Source: a virus (Duplodnaviria; Heunggongvirae; Uroviricota; Caudoviricetes). Taken from it: a DNA stretch of 64,000 nucleotides. This document shows positions 63,500 through 64,000 of the stretch, in pieces (within the stretch, counting starts at the first letter, position 1; each line of letters begins with the position of its first letter). Under the pieces are notes generated by a model, which was not told the origin of the DNA, searched no databases, and worked only from the letters and a program-made list of their open reading frames with translations. Location of the stretch: IMG/VR virus record IMGVR_UViG_3300029953_000013. One strand, written 5' to 3'. The translations under genes and the position numbers were made by a program.

Positions 63500-64000
63500 A
63501 TGTCGATTTACACTCCAAGCGCGATTGAAGCCAACCAGAAGAACTTGACTTCCTTTCGTGGTGAAGAGGGGCTTATCTCGTTCTATCGTGAAGCGGATTT
63601 TGCCGCACTCACGAATCAGGCTAATGCGCGTTCTCAAATGACGCCCGTTGGGGAATATCTCTACTACACAGGGATTGCCATCAACGATAGCTCGGTAGAG
63701 CTTCCTTCGTTCCAGAGCTTCAATTCGGCAAGCAAGAACATCTTTGCTCCAGGCTACAGCGAATGCACGATGAACATCACGGCGCTGTTCACCCAGGAAT
63801 GCTCTGACTTGAACTGGATCGCTCCTGGGCATCCCCCGTTGCTTGCCTACATCGATTACATCGACTCTGACAATTCCGGCAAGAAATCGACCGGCGACAT
63901 TCTGGATGCCAACGGGAACTATGCTCAAACCATCGTGGTTCGCCAGCTTCGCCGCACCACCCGCAAGATCACCGGCAGTCGTGGCGCAAGCGTAACCTAC
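63500..64000 (+). CDS. hypothetical structural protein, 3' truncated by the window end
   Basis: RBS TAGGAGATTCTATG; open to position 64000. Confidence 0.45.
   Translation, partial: MSIYTPSAIEANQKNLTSFRGEEGLISFYREADFAALTNQANARSQMTPVGEYLYYTGIAINDSSVELPSFQSFNSASKNIFAPGYSECTMNITALFTQECSDLNWIAPGHPPLLAYIDYIDSDNSGKKSTGDILDANGNYAQTIVVRQLRRTTRKITGSRGASVTY

Noticed and set aside
1-64000. CRISPR arrays or other regularly spaced repeats
   Set aside because: No repeat-spacer periodicity seen anywhere; the only tandem repeats are inside the tail fibre and VWA linker coding sequences.

Overview
This window looks like a densely packed segment of a tailed dsDNA bacteriophage genome (strong Shine-Dalgarno usage, many ATGA start/stop overlaps, no integrase). 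From 1 to ~54.6 kb almost every gene is on the minus strand, covering early and metabolic functions. A head-morphogenesis module starts on the plus strand at ~54.8 kb: possible small terminase, large terminase, putative portal, protease/scaffold, decoration, major capsid and downstream structural genes; the last CDS is truncated at 64000. The two arms meet at a divergent, palindrome-rich control region (54593-54820).

Main minus-strand content, left to right:
- a MoxR-like AAA+ ATPase with a VWA/HExxH partner, next to a DGRHR-motif ParB/DndB-like protein;
- about 35 small hypothetical genes;
- a ~1 kb gene-free region (14.26-15.23 kb) and an AT-rich 1.2 kb region (15.9-17.1 kb) carrying GGAACC iterons and long perfect inverted repeats, a candidate origin or regulatory hub;
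- nucleotide and RNA metabolism genes: T4 gp1-like dNMP kinase, metallophosphoesterase, RNA ligase, P-loop kinases, class II-like ribonucleotide reductase, ClpP;
- an NAD+ salvage set (NadV, PRPP synthetase, NadR-like kinase) and a NADAR protein;
- SPFH/band 7, RlpA-like and small membrane proteins (possible lysis or envelope module);
- a LuxR-type HTH on the opposite strand;
- three HNH and one GIY-YIG homing endonuclease;
- a tail fibre with internal tandem repeats.

Between 32.7 and 46.8 kb is a tRNA island. I could fold at least 9 canonical tRNAs from the sequence (Thr-TGT, Leu-CAA, Leu-GAG, Pro-TGG, Gln-TTG, Ala-TGC, Asn-GTT, Val-TAC, Gln-CTG). The island also holds several atypical or degenerate tRNA-like elements, long structured non-coding spacers and a phage-encoded tmRNA (ssrA).

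Two conserved DNA motifs stand out:
- a 13-bp palindrome TGTGACGATCACA, five copies plus one variant, confined to the left 18 kb;
- a GGTGGTAA / GTTGGTAACAA motif, about 20 copies sitting 5-60 nt upstream of start codons and of two tRNAs from 19 kb rightwards, and once on the plus strand before the late module.

One well-formed small gene (13008-13259) carries an in-frame TAG at codon 30.

Every functional call is based on motifs I read directly in the translations; no database search was possible.
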